Positions 48,500-60,158 of a DNA stretch of 64,000 nucleotides are shown in pieces. The stretch covers positions 100,008,001 to 100,072,000 of the forward strand of contig CM059432.1 in NCBI GenBank assembly GCA_030390025.1, written 5' to 3'. A program made the position numbers and the translations under genes. How positions within the stretch are numbered: position 1 is the stretch's first letter; every line of letters starts with the position of its first letter. Source of the DNA: Squalus acanthias (lineage: Eukaryota). Under the pieces are notes generated by a model, which saw only the letters and a program-made list of their open reading frames with translations, did no database searches and had not been told where the DNA came from.

Positions 48500-50341
48500 G
48501 TAACTTGGAATCGCAGCGGACGCCATTTTGGTGAGGGTGTATGCAGAGTAGGCAGATCATGACGTCAATCAGTGTGCAATGCTGCCACTCCCCCCAGGGC
48601 GGTACCTCAGCAATCCTAGTATCTGTTGGAGAACAGATTGCTGGACTGCTGTGACACCCTGCAAGCCCCTTTGAACACTGGAACCCAGAGCCATGACGGC
48701 AACAGTCTGAGCTTCCACTGCAGCGCTAAGACGTTGGGTGGCTGCTGATGGGGCTGCAATGGAAGCTGAGACATTGGCCATCAGACGCTGCGTCATGGTT
48801 GGGTCCACAAGAGTGCTAATGGAGTTGGCCAACATTTCCATGCTGGAAATGATGGGCTCCAAGCTCTGCACAAAGCGCTGTGCCAAGTTGGTGCCTCCAT
48901 GCTCCTTGACATTGCACGCAGGCTTTCTGGCAGGCTTCCCAATGCACCAAGCATTTCATTGTGCATACCCATCAGCCTTTTTCTGTAGCCTGCCCCATCG
49001 AAGTGCTCATCTGAATCCTCTGCAGCAGAACTTGTGTGCGACCTCGCCCTCCGGCAAGCTGGCACCTGTGCTATCCTTGCCCTCTGCCCTGGCTGCAGGC
49101 AACTCATGCCCGGTGTCTCACAATGTGCAGATCTCGCCTCTAAGCGATCCTCTAAATTATGCGCAGTGTCAGTATCTGAGCTGGTGGTTGCAAGTACAAA
49201 ATCGAGTGATGGTGTATCATCATCATCACTGTCTTCTTGCATTTCTACTATTGCCTGGTCAGATTGCAGTTGATTGGGTATCTAAAAGGAGAAAGGCACA
49301 AGGGTAGGGTTGTGGTGAGAAGAGGGGGTGAAAGCAAGAGGTACATGCTTACACCATCTGCAGCTTGTAAATCAGAAGAGATTGTGGAATGAGGGGGTAG
49401 TGGGATCTGAGAAGGAGAATGAGGTATGAGGATACCATCATCTTCTATGGTTTCAGCCCTGCCACTGGTCACGACTTAAGCAATGGCCATTCCAGTAATG
49501 GCCAGCACTGTCTCCTCCATGGGGGTTAGGACATGCAGGTGGCGCACAACCAAAGCACAACTGGTTGCACACCTGTCCCCCGCCGGTTAGCTCCTGCTGC
49601 CTCCGGTTGTGCGCCACCTTGCCCTGCAAGAAGTGTGTCTGTGAGTGTGGTGCAATGCATTTGGATGATGTGGCGATCATGATTGAATAGCTGACAATGC
49701 GTGAAAGGTGTGAGATGTGGGTCTGAGGCTTACAGCAGTGCTGAGGGTGAGGTGAAGCTAGGAATGTTAGGTACAAGTCCTAATTGATAGAGATTGTTGG
49801 TAGGTGAGTGAGAGGGGTGTGGTTCATTGAGCAGTGGTTGAGGCTAGTGATGCAGTTGGTAGGATATTGCATTTGAAAATGCATTCACTGACATTGACCA
49901 CTTGTGTGAGGTCGTTGAACTTTTTGGGGCACTGCATCCAGGTCCTTGGGGTTTGACTCTTGGCATTGACTGCCACGGCTATCTGCACCCACTGCCTTCT
50001 GAGCATTTGTCTGGAGGGCCTTCTGGCCCACTGTGGATACAGCACATCTCTCCTCCTTTCCACCTCCTCCACCATGGCCTCCACTATAGCGTTGAGTGCT
50101 TTCCAGGTCAGAATCAGTTGTAGAACGACTTCCAGCACTTGCTTCAGCCACAATGCACCTCCCCTTTAAGAGGTGCAGGCCTTCTTTAACTGGTGCTAGC
50201 CTCTCACGAATTTGGGCCCCCTGCTGACGCGTGCAGCCAATGTGTTAGCACTGGCTGCACGCAGAAATCATGCAAATGAGCAGGCAGCACAAAGTTAGCC
50301 TGCTGCCTGCATTACATTGAACGGGCGCAGGTTATCAAATT
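48500..50341 (-). mobile_element. Harbinger deletion derivative retaining the Myb-like gene remnant
   Basis: MVEEVERRRDVLYP..WVQIAVAVNAKSQTPRTWMQCPKKFNDLT; last exon aligns to 29240-29980. Confidence 0.8.
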
Positions 50342-50635
50342 TAGAAAACATAGAATCTTACTGCACAGAAGGAAACCATTCCTCCCATCTTGCATGTGCC
50401 GGTTCTTTGAAAGAGCTATAAAATTAGACCCACTCCCCCACTCTTTCTCCATAGCCCTGCATTTTTTCATTTTCATGTATATATTCAATTCTATTTTGAA
50501 AGTTATTGTTGAATCTGTTTCCACTACCATTTCAGGTAGTGCATTCCAGATCATAACAACTTGCTGCATTAAAATTATTCACCTCCCAGGTTCTTTTGCC
50601 AATTATCTTACATCTGTGTCCTCTGGTTATCCTGT
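50342..50635 (-). mobile_element. CR1 3' fragment
   Basis: VVMIWNALPE.VVE; atagaatc tail. Confidence 0.75.
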
Positions 50636-50746
50636 AGTGGATGGCAAAGCTCTGCAATTGCCTCCCAGCTGACTTGGAATCAATAGAAGCAGTTGTCCTC
50701 AGTCACTGGCAATACAATGATAAAAACTTTTTCTTATTAAGCCTTA

Positions 50747-50819
50747 CAACTTGCAGGGTTAATATTGACAGTTACAGTACAAACAGTACTGTAATCTTTC
50801 GTATTAACCCTGCAAGTTG
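50747..50819. repeat. 73-bp hairpin (18-bp + 9-bp stems)
   Basis: caacttgcagggttaata..ttacagtac / gtactgtaa..tattaaccctgcaagttg. Confidence 0.85.
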
Positions 50820-50994
50820 AAAAACTTACTAACAAAACATGTAGCATCTTTAATCTAATGTTAGAACAATTCATGTAGAATTCATGGTTCCTCAGATAGC
50901 AATGAGCAATTGTTCTGATGCCTGATCAAGCACTGATGCAAAAGTGTTTTTGATTTGTTTGTGATAAAACCAATCTTTGAAGTCAGAAAACTGC

Positions 50995-52240
50995 ATAGAA
51001 TTACACAGAAGCACAGAAACAAGCCATTTGGCCCAACTGGTGTATGCTGGTGTCTATATTCCACATGAGCCTCCTCCCACTCTAATTACTTTTTTTCCTC
51101 TACCCCATATCCCTCTATCCCCTTCTCCCTCGTACTTGCATCAAGCATCCCCTTAAATGGAATAGTGAGCAATTTTGGCAGACGAGCGCAGGACCCGATA
51201 ATGCTTTATGTGGTCCAGCCAGATCTGACGGTGAATGGCTAAACCAGTTGTCTGCCATATCTGTTCAAGTCTGCATCCCTTGGACCTAAGGGAGTGAAGA
51301 TGAGGGCCATACCAGGGGGAACGGCCAGGGTGAGAGGGAGTAATTGTTTTAATAGGGACTAGGGCATCAAAGATAGTGGTTAGGGTGTGGTTGAGCAGAT
51401 CGGTAGCTGCAGAAATGTCATGGTGAATGGAGGGCCAAAGGCTGGACAGTTGGGATTTCGTAAGTACAGTTGTAAGAGAGTTAGGAGAGAGTTTTTTCCA
51501 GGGGCGAACACAGAAAAGTGTAGGGTTGGCAGTGGGGGCTGGGAGGGAGTTGTGGTGGAAGGGGGATGTGGGTGGAGAGCGATAAGAGGAAGTAGTCAGA
51601 GATGGCCTTATCTGTGATTGGCACGATGAGAGTAGAGAAGCCATGTGAGATGGCAAGGTCGAGGGGGTGGCCGTGAATATGGGTTGGGGAGTTTACAAGA
51701 AGGGAGAGATTAAGGGAGGATGGAGGCCAGTGAACTCAGAGTAGAGAGAGTATGATGAATTGAGATGGAGGTTGAAATCACCGAGGATGAGAAGTTGTTC
51801 AGTGCAGAGGCTGAGGCAGGAAAGCAGTGAAGATATCTCGGTGATAACATTTTTATGGTACTTGGGTGGGCGGTAGAGAACGAGGATTTTAAATGAGAGG
51901 CGGGAGGGGTGGAATAAGGTGAGATGCTCAAAGGAGGAGAAAGTGCCGGAGGAGTAGGGGGACAGACCAAGGTGGACTAAGGTGGACACCCAGCTCTACC
52001 TCATCACCCCTTAAATTCATCAATGCTCTCTGCTTCAACCACTCCATGTGGCAGCGAGTTCCACATTCTAACTACTGTCTGTGTAAAGAGATTCTTTCTA
52101 AATACATTATTTGATCTGTTAGTGGCTATCTTACATTTATGTCCTCTTGTTCTGGACTCACCCACAAGTGGAAATAGTTTCTCCACATCCACCTTATCAA
52201 ACCCCTTCATAATTTAAAAGACCTTTATTTTTTGGTCTTC
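50995..52240 (-). mobile_element. CR1 3' fragment (50995-51155 and 52005-52240) interrupted by an L2 endonuclease fragment (~51155-51990)
   Basis: KLFPLVGESRTRGH..MWNSLP; L2-like SSFEHL..LVLYRPPK..ILGDFNLH and SPWYGPHL. Confidence 0.75.
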
Positions 52241-52329
52241 TCTTTTCATACAACCATAAGAAGTGCTAAAATTTGTGAAGAAATGTGACTGAGTACAAAC
52301 AAATTGCCCAATTACTGCACAAATGGCCT

Positions 52330-52590
52330 GGTTCTGTCTCCTTCACTGACATCTGAGATACTTGTTTAGTCGTAGCTTTTTGATGGACCTTTGGGTGTAT
52401 AATCAGATCTGTGTTCTTAACCTTCCTTCAAGATATTTTTAGAGACAGTTTACTGAAGCCATTTATGATGTGACTAGACACCTTCAAATCACAACTGAAT
52501 TTTCCTTGAAGATGACTATTGTTCTGAACATTTATTTATATGAGAGCTTTGCTAAAATAGCAAACACTCAGGTAATCCATTTTTTGTGCT
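52330..52590 (+). pseudogene. Possible very old Harbinger transposase remnant
   Basis: Hand translation LRYLFSRSF..S*PS../RQFTEAIY..SFAKIANTQVI parallels ALNFYASGSF..SQ..REFTEAVY..GFARIAAFPMV at 41607-42152. Confidence 0.35.
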
Positions 52591-53326
52591 TAGTCACAAC
52601 ATTTCTTCACAAATTTGAGCAATATTAACTTTACTAGAAGAAAGCACCTTCCTCTTTGTATCATCTCCAGCTTGTTCTCAGGATTTAATGAATGTTTTGA
52701 TGCTGTCACATTTGGCAAACGGACAAAAGTGCTTGCTTGAGTGCACTTCATATCCATAATTGTATTCATATAAATGAAACATTTGATATTAATTGTTAAG
52801 TACTGCAGCAAATGCAAGTGCCACTTATCTTTCATGAAAGTTTCTTCATGACCATATGACAGCTAATTAAAGATTTTGTTGACATTCCAATCCCCAAGTG
52901 AAAATATATGGTTAAATTGTTTTTGTCTTTAACTCTTATGCCATCTGTAAAAGTTTGAATGCTTTCTATACTTAGCAGTATAATTTGAATATTTCTCCCA
53001 CAGTAAATAGATCCAAAAAGTAATAATTATGGACTTTATTGGAAACGGACAAGGCAGATGTGGGATTGTATAATGTTACGGCTATGTGCCGCATGTTGAT
53101 ATGTTAATAGTTAAAAGAACATCTTATGGCCTGTGTTGCATACATTTGAATAAATTGCTTTAGTTTCTACAGTTGCTACATCCCATACACTATCTGAACA
53201 TATGTAAAGGGATGGCAAGGACTATGAGTATGAATGCAAAATGTGCAACAGAGGACTTTGAATAAGGCCAGAGAGAGACACCCCTAGTGCAAAGAGCAAT
53301 CATGGAAGAGATTTTAACATTTTTAC

Positions 53327-53630
53327 ATGGAATTACAATTGCATTTACAGCACAGAAACAGGCCATTTGGTCCAACTGGTCTATGCTGATGTTTATGCTC
53401 CACACGAGCCTCCTCCCACCCTACTTCATCTAACCCTATCAGCATACCTTTCTATTACTTTCTCCTTTATGTACATATCTAGCTTCCCCTTAAATGCATT
53501 TATGCTATTTGCTTCAACTACTCCATGCGGTAGCAAGTTCCACTCCAACCACTCTGCGTAAAGAAATTTCTCTTGAATTCTTTATTGGATTTATTAGTGA
53601 TTAACTTATATTTATGGCCCCTAGTTTTAA
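53327..53630 (-). mobile_element. Old CR1 3' fragment
   Basis: acagcacagaaacaggccatt tail region; aligns to 50995-51155 and 52005-52150. Confidence 0.7.
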
Positions 53631-54043
53631 TTTATCTCATAAAAGCTATTTTTAATGGTGAGGGAGAGATACTTAAAAGCAAATACGAGTCTGGGGTGTG
53701 AGTTTTCTGAGTTAGCCTAGTTTGAATTGAACAAAGGTAATAAAACTTAGTTGGTTTACTCATCCCTGCCAATACTGATATTGCCATTTTGTTTTCCAAG
53801 TATTGTTTTGTTATGTAAGGGCAAAGCTTCGGAAGCTGAATAAAGTGGAATTGGCATTATTACTCATGAATGTGGATATTTAAATGAATCCCGGTCAGGG
53901 CGGGCGGGAAGTTAATTAGCCAGCGCAATTTCCTGCTGGAAACCCGCTGGCAGTTAAAATCCAGTCCGGGCCTCAGCTCTCATCTCCCACAGCATCCAAG
54001 GCTGTATCCCATCAGCCCCTGGTGCTTTCACTTCTTGTACTCT

Positions 54044-54127
54044 GGAGAGATGTAAAACAGGGGATAGCAAATCGGCAGCCTGTTTTAGACATTACACTAT
54101 CACACAAAGTCAAAATTACTCCTAATG
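54044..54127 (+). repeat. 84-bp local direct duplication of 54639-54722
   Basis: ggagagatgtaaaacaggggatagcaaat..aaagtcaaaattac..aatg at both sites. Confidence 0.88.
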
Positions 54128-54349
54128 ACTTAAGGGAATTGCTCATCGGGCTCTCAACCACTTCAAGATCTCCCTCCTTTTTGATATCCTTCTCTTTAGT
54201 AAAAGCCGATGCAAAGTATTTATTAAATACCTGTTCTGTTTTTTTGGTTAATATCTACAAATTGACAATTCTCTCCATTTAGGGGTCCCACCTTACTTTT
54301 AGCAATTCTCTTTTTACTGATATAATTGTAAAGTAATTTATGGTTCAGT

Positions 54350-54590
54350 CACCTGTCGAGATCCAGTAAGGGTTGGTCGGGCGTCTAGGGTGATGGGGGC
54401 ATTCCTGCTTTTCTGTGTGCCCTCAGGGATGCCAAAGATGTGGATGTTGTTGTGTTGCTCTCTGTTGTTTAATTTTGCAGCACCTCCCGGTCTTTTTTCT
54501 GCAGGTAGATCAGTTGAGTTCTGAATTCTATGAAGTTTCCTAACCGCAACGGTCTGGGTCTGTCCTGGATACTGCGTACTTCTGACAATG
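54350..54590 (-). mobile_element. L1-type ORF1 fragment
   Basis: Minus strand NNREQHNNIHIFGIPEG resembles the L1 ORF1p motif ENRSRRNNIRIxGIPE. Confidence 0.45.
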
Positions 54591-55989
54591 GATCAGCTGG
54601 AAAATCATGGAAATGGACTTCAATTGAAATAAAAATCAGGAGAGATGTAAAACAGGGGATAGCAAATTGGCAGCCCATTTTAGACATTACACTATCGCAC
54701 AAAGTCAAAATTACCCCCAATGTCTTCACTGTATTGCGAAGCGTGAACTTCGCGGTTTATAAATTGGCAAAGTAGCTTTACCAATCTTAATAAAATAATA
54801 TGCACTTATTAAGGCAAAGATTAAACTGAGTAATTGAGTCCTGTATTTTGTACTTAGAAATGTGTGGAGCGGTAAAGTAGTTTACAGATCCAGTGACAGA
54901 GGAAGTCATTTAAACAGATGAGATGTATTCCCTGATATCACAGAAATGTCATTAACTGCATCAGTAAAATCTGAAACTGCAGAGGGCACTGCAATATTCC
55001 ATTCCAGATACAATCAAAGGTACTCATGGATGTTTTCAGTGAATTGGAAAGCTCAGAAAGAAGAGTTCGAGGCCACATTTGAATAGAAGAGTTTTTGAAA
55101 TGGCCTATATTTTCATGTTTAGTCTGCGATTGTGCAAATATCTAATTTTATCGCTACCAAAGTGAAAACTTGTAAAAAGAAATGGCCTCTACATTCCCAC
55201 ATCACAATATGCTATTTATTTATTTTTGCACATTAGATAGCATAAAAGATTGATCCAGAGATAATTGTAATAAGGACAAATGTTTTATCAGTTTGACTCT
55301 GGTGATTATTAAAACCACAAAAATATCTAGACACATTGCACTAAGGTACTGATGGCAAGTCAGATTGCTGTAGCCTAATTCGTATACCAACAACGCCTGT
55401 ACATCAAGTGATGGTTAACCATATCTGAGTTATATAAATAGATGAAATTCCAGTGGTGACGGTCAAACAAGATTTCACAATACAAGATATCTAATGCGTG
55501 AAACTTGAGGCTGGCATTTCAGCGAGGTTTGGCTGGAAGATATAATTTTTAGATGCAGCCACAGCAACTCTTAGACTCTTGATAACAAATATGGAGATCA
55601 AACTCAAGTGCAAATAATGTTTGGTACAGCCATAACCATTATCTTGTAGAGGAATGCCCATCCACATTCATTGTTTGCCCCATTATAAATCAGTTCAAAT
55701 ATGATCATGAAACTAAATAGCTGAATATTTGTAACTGAATAGACTTTAATGGCCTGGAATTTGGGTAACTGTCAGCGTTCGCAGTCATTACTCTGTAAAA
55801 CTGACAGCAACTTCTGGAGTCGCACAGCTGCAGTTAAACACAGCAATCCAGAAGTTGCTGTCAGTGATACCCTGCTCCTCCACAGGGTGCGCTGTTGCAG
55901 TCCTCGCAGATGGAAATCAATTAGAAATGACTGAATTGATGTGAACTTCAACTTTTTACACACTATTTATATATATCTACTGATATATA

Positions 55990-56812
55990 TAGCACATATC
56001 CACTCCATCACCAAAACTGCCTATTTCCACCTCCGTAACATCACCTGTCTCTGCCCTTGCCTCAGCTCATCTGCTTCTGAAACCCTCATCCATGCCTTTA
56101 TTACCTCTAGACTTGACTATTACAATGCTCTCCTGGCCGGCCTTCCAACTTCCACCCTACATCCTGAGCTCATCCAATACTCTGCTGCCCGTGTCCTAAC
56201 TCGCACGAAGTCCTGTTTACCCATCACCCCTGTGCTCATTGACCTACATTGGCTCCCAGTGCAGCAACGCCTCGATTTTAAATTTCTCATCCTTGGTTTC
56301 AAATCCATCCATGGCCTTGCCCCATCCTATCTCTTTAATCTCCTCCACCCCTACAACCAACAATCCCTATAAGCTGCGCAGCCGCGCAGCTCTTTGCCAG
56401 TCCCATGCAGCTCGGGACCGGCTTTTGCAATGTTAATGTTCGTGCATGCGCGAATCTGTGAATGGCACCCAAAAAAAATTATAGGGAACAGCCCTCCGAG
56501 ATCTCTACGCTACTCCAATTCCGGCTTCTTGTGCATCCCCGATTTTAATCGCTCCACCATTGCCGGCCGTGCTTTTAGCTGCCTAGGTCCTAAGCACTGG
56601 AATTTCCTCCTTAAACCTCTCTGCCTCTCTACCTCTCTCTCCTCCTTTAAGACGCTCCTTAAAACCTACCTCTTTGACCAAGGTTTTGGTCACCTGTTCT
56701 AATATCTCCTTATGTGACTCTACGTCAAATTTTGTTTGATAACGCTCCTGTGAAGCACCTTCAGACATTTTATTACGTTAAAGGTGCTATATAAATACAA
56801 TTTGCTGTTGTT
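55990..56812 (+). mobile_element. L2 LINE 3' end, with a ~130-bp short-TIR insert (ccctataa / ttataggg) at ~56360-56490
   Basis: HIHSITKTAYFHLRNI, LIHAFITSRLDY.NALLAGLP, LHWLPVQQRLDFK, AFS.LGP..WN, FKTLLKTYLF. Confidence 0.88.
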
Positions 56813-56893
56813 GCACAATCCTCCCCTGTTAGTTTATGTTAAAATTGAGAGGTCGCACAACACCAGGTTATAGTCCAACAGTTTTATTTGAAA

Positions 56894-56931
56894 TCACAAG
56901 CTTTCGGAACTATCGCTCCTTCCTCAGGTGA
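56894..56931 (-). ncRNA. Minimal hammerhead ribozyme motif (left arm)
   Basis: Mirror image of 58180-58217. Confidence 0.75.
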
Positions 56932-58179
56932 AGTAAATTGGATACAGAATCGTCAGAGCATATATAGATGGAAAAAAAAGCATGTGTACTTTACAATTGC
57001 AGACCAATAAATTAAATCATCCTGACTATCTGCCGAGGTGTGATAAAGTTAATTAAGTCAGCCAGGAAGGTACCACATCAAAAGACATAGCAAGATACAA
57101 CTGAGACAATGAGGTGAAGTCGCAGGGGTTCTAACGTGTCAAAAGCTGCCGTCTGTATGTAAAACGAAAAGCTTTAAAAAAAAAAAATTTACTTTTTTAC
57201 TGGGAAAATTTTTACTTTTTTACTGGGAATCACATCTGTGAACAAGCTAACGACGACTCAAGTCCGGATCACGTCATGTATCGTGACATAAACCCAAGAT
57301 CCCGATTGAGACCGTCTTCATGAGTGCAGAACTTGGCTATCAGTTTCTGCTCGATGATTTTGCGTTGTCGTGTGTTTCTAAGGTTGCCTTGGAGAACGCT
57401 TACCCGCAGATCCGAGGCTGAATGTCCTTGACTGCTGAAGTGTTCCCCGACTGGGAGGTAACAATCCTGCCTGGCGATTGTTGCGCGGTGCTCGTTCATA
57501 CGTTGTCTCAGTGTCTGCATGGTCTCGCCGATGTACCATGCCGCGGTGCATTCTTTCCTGCAAGGTACATCGTGGTACATCGGCGAGACCATGCAGACAC
57601 TGAGACAACGTATGAACGAGCACCGCGCAACAATCGCCAGGCAGGATTGTTACCTCCCAGTCGGGGAACACTTCAGCAGTCAAGGACATTCAGCCTCGGA
57701 TCTGCGGGTAAGCGTTCTCCAAGGCAACCTTAGAAACACACGACAACGCAAAATCATCGAGCAGAAACTGATAGCCAAGTTCTGCACTCATGAAGACGGT
57801 CTCAATCGGGATCTTGGGTTTATGTCACGATACATGACGTGATCCGGACTTGAGTCGTCGTTAGCTTGTTCACAGATGTGATTCCCAGTAAAAAAGTAAA
57901 AATTTTCCCAGTAAAAAAGTAAATTTTTTTTTTTTAAAGCTTTTCGTTTTACATACAGACGGCAGCTTTTGACACGTTAGAACCCCTGCGACTTCACCTC
58001 ATTGTCTCAGTTGTATCTTGCTATGTCTTTTGATGTGGTACCTTCCTGGCTGACTTAATTAACTTTATCACACCTCGGCAGATAGTCAGGATGATTTAAT
58101 TTATTGGTCTGCAATTGTAAAGTACACATGCTTTTTTTTCCATCTATATATGCTCTGACGATTCTGTATCCAATTTACT

Positions 58180-58217
58180 TCACCTGAGGAAGGAGCGATA
58201 GTTCCGAAAGCTTGTGA
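58180..58217 (+). ncRNA. Minimal hammerhead ribozyme motif (right arm)
   Basis: UCAC-CUGAGGA-A-GGAGC(gaua)GUUCC-GAAA-GC-UU-GUGA; stem I UCAC/GUGA; palindromic AAGCUU in place of stem III. Confidence 0.75.
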
Positions 58218-58526
58218 TTTCAAATAAAACTGTTGGACTATAACCTGGTGTTGTGCGACCTCTCAAGTTTATGTTAACACAGTCCTCTCTCCCATTCATG
58301 CTGGCACATTCTCTCGCCCTTCTTCTCTTCATTCTGGAGCATTCCTTCCCTCAGTTTATACTGTTAATGTTCACTCCTAACCCGTAGTCCTTGCCAGAAA
58401 TCTTGTCCTTTCCCCCCAGTTCATGCCAATGCCATTTCCCCTCCCCCTAGTTCATATTGGCACTCTCTGCACAATGGAAGAAAGTGTACATCGACTTAAA
58501 AAAGAAATGCTCACCGATTTAACAAA

Positions 58527-59380
58527 ATCATAGAATCTTACAGCACAGACAGAGTCTACGTGACCCATCGTGCCTGTGCTGGCTCATTGAAAAAACTATC
58601 CAATTAGTACCACTCCCCTGCACTTTCCCCATTGCCCTGCAAATATTTGCCCTTCAAGTATTTATCCAAATCCCTTTTGAAAGTTATTATTGAATCTGCT
58701 TCCACCACCCTTTCAGGCAGTGCATTCAGATCATAACCACTCGCTGCATTAAAAAATTTCTCCTCATCTCACTTCTGGTTCTTTTGCCAACCACCTTAAA
58801 TCTGTGTCTTCTGGTTACTGCCCTTTCTGCCACTGGAAACAGTTTCTCCTTATTTACTCTATCAAAACCCTTCATAATTTTGAACACCTCTATCAAAACT
58901 ACTATTTACCTTCTCTGCTCTAAGGAGAACAACCACAGCTTCTCCAGTCTCCCAACATAACTGAAGTCCAGCTTCTCTGGTGCCATTCTAGTAAATTTCC
59001 TCTGCACCCACTCCAAATCCTTGACATCCTTCCTAAAAGTGTTGCAAAGAATTGGACACAATACTCCAGCATAGGCCTAACCAATAATTTATAAAGCTTT
59101 AGCAGAACTTTATTGCTTTTGTACTCTATGCCTCTATTTATTGAGCCAAGGATCCTGTATGCTTTTTAACAGCCTTCTCAACTTGTCCAGCAACGTTCAA
59201 AGATTTCTGTACGCAAATCCCAAGGACTCTCTGTTGCTACACACCCTTTAAAATTGTACCATTTATTTCATATTGTGTCTCCTCATTCTTCCTACCAAAA
59301 TGTATCACTTCACACTTCCCTGCATTAAATTTCATCTGTCATACGTCCACCCATTTCACCTGTCTGTCTATGTCCTCCTG
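58527..59380 (-). mobile_element. Old CR1 3' portion
   Basis: atcatagaatc tail; reverse-strand similarity to 39100-39720 and 2350-2880. Confidence 0.8.
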
Positions 59381-59384
59381 AAGC

Positions 59385-60158
59385 AACGGCAGTCGCCGCT
59401 GGCCACGAAGAAAGCTGCCCACAGAGATCTCGTGATCTCTGTGGTGAGAAGTTTGCCTTTTTCGACGTGTAATTGATTGCAGCACTGTGAATATGGGATT
59501 TCCTATGGCAATGATGCTGTGACATCAACAAGCTATCTAAGCAGTCAATCACATTGAAGAATTCTCAAAGACAACAAACCAGGAAATGAGAAGCTGCTTT
59601 TATCCGGACTTTTTAAAATGTTACAGTGAGCAAATTAAAGATTGGGACTTTCACATGAAGATAAGGTAAAAGCTGAAATATCATTAACAAACTTTAAAAT
59701 AAAAATTCAAAGTTTTAGAAAAAATTGAAATTTTTATCATAATGGAGAAGCTTGACATCCACAAATATAAGAATTAGTTTTTCGGGGCCAGAACATTTGT
59801 TTAGCAGTTAAGCTGTTAAAATGGTGGTTAGCTGTTAAAACCCCAGTTACTCTTATTCCAAGAAAGATTAACATTTAATGGGGTATTTAACAGCAGAAAA
59901 CCCCAAGTTTATCAGTTTCACTGATTTCACTGATTACATTGATTGTCGGCTATGGCGGGGTGGGGGGGGCGGGGGGCGGGGGGCAGGGGGCTCCACAGCG
60001 CAGCCTGTGTCGGAGCAGTGAATAACTGACCACAATGTCAGGATTTCCGCATTTAGATGCTCATGTGCTTAATCCTGAAGTTGCAGTCAGTATCAGAGGG
60101 GTAATGACAGCAAACGCTAACATTTCACCATCATTACCCACCACAAAAAATCCGGGCC
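59385..60158 (+). mobile_element. Family M3 non-autonomous element, partial
   Basis: Aligns to 16796-17364; ends aaaatccgggcc. Confidence 0.65.

Larger units (their letters stand above)
56843..58265. mobile_element. Fold-back (palindromic) Penelope insertion: ~694-bp inverted arms around a 34-nt spacer
   Basis: 56845-57538 is the reverse complement of 57573-58266; mirrored ORFs WYIGET..MNEHR..GLNRD; TSD agtttatgttaa at 56831-56842 and 58266-58277. Confidence 0.95.

Noticed and set aside
54860..55700. Decayed Gypsy pol or host exon
   Set aside because: Only faint motifs (DVFS.IGKL requiring a frameshift) with stops in all frames; not supportable without a profile search
56845..58266. Assembly or fold-back read artefact
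   Set aside because: A 12-bp direct TSD and a structured spacer argue for a real insertion; read-level confirmation is still needed
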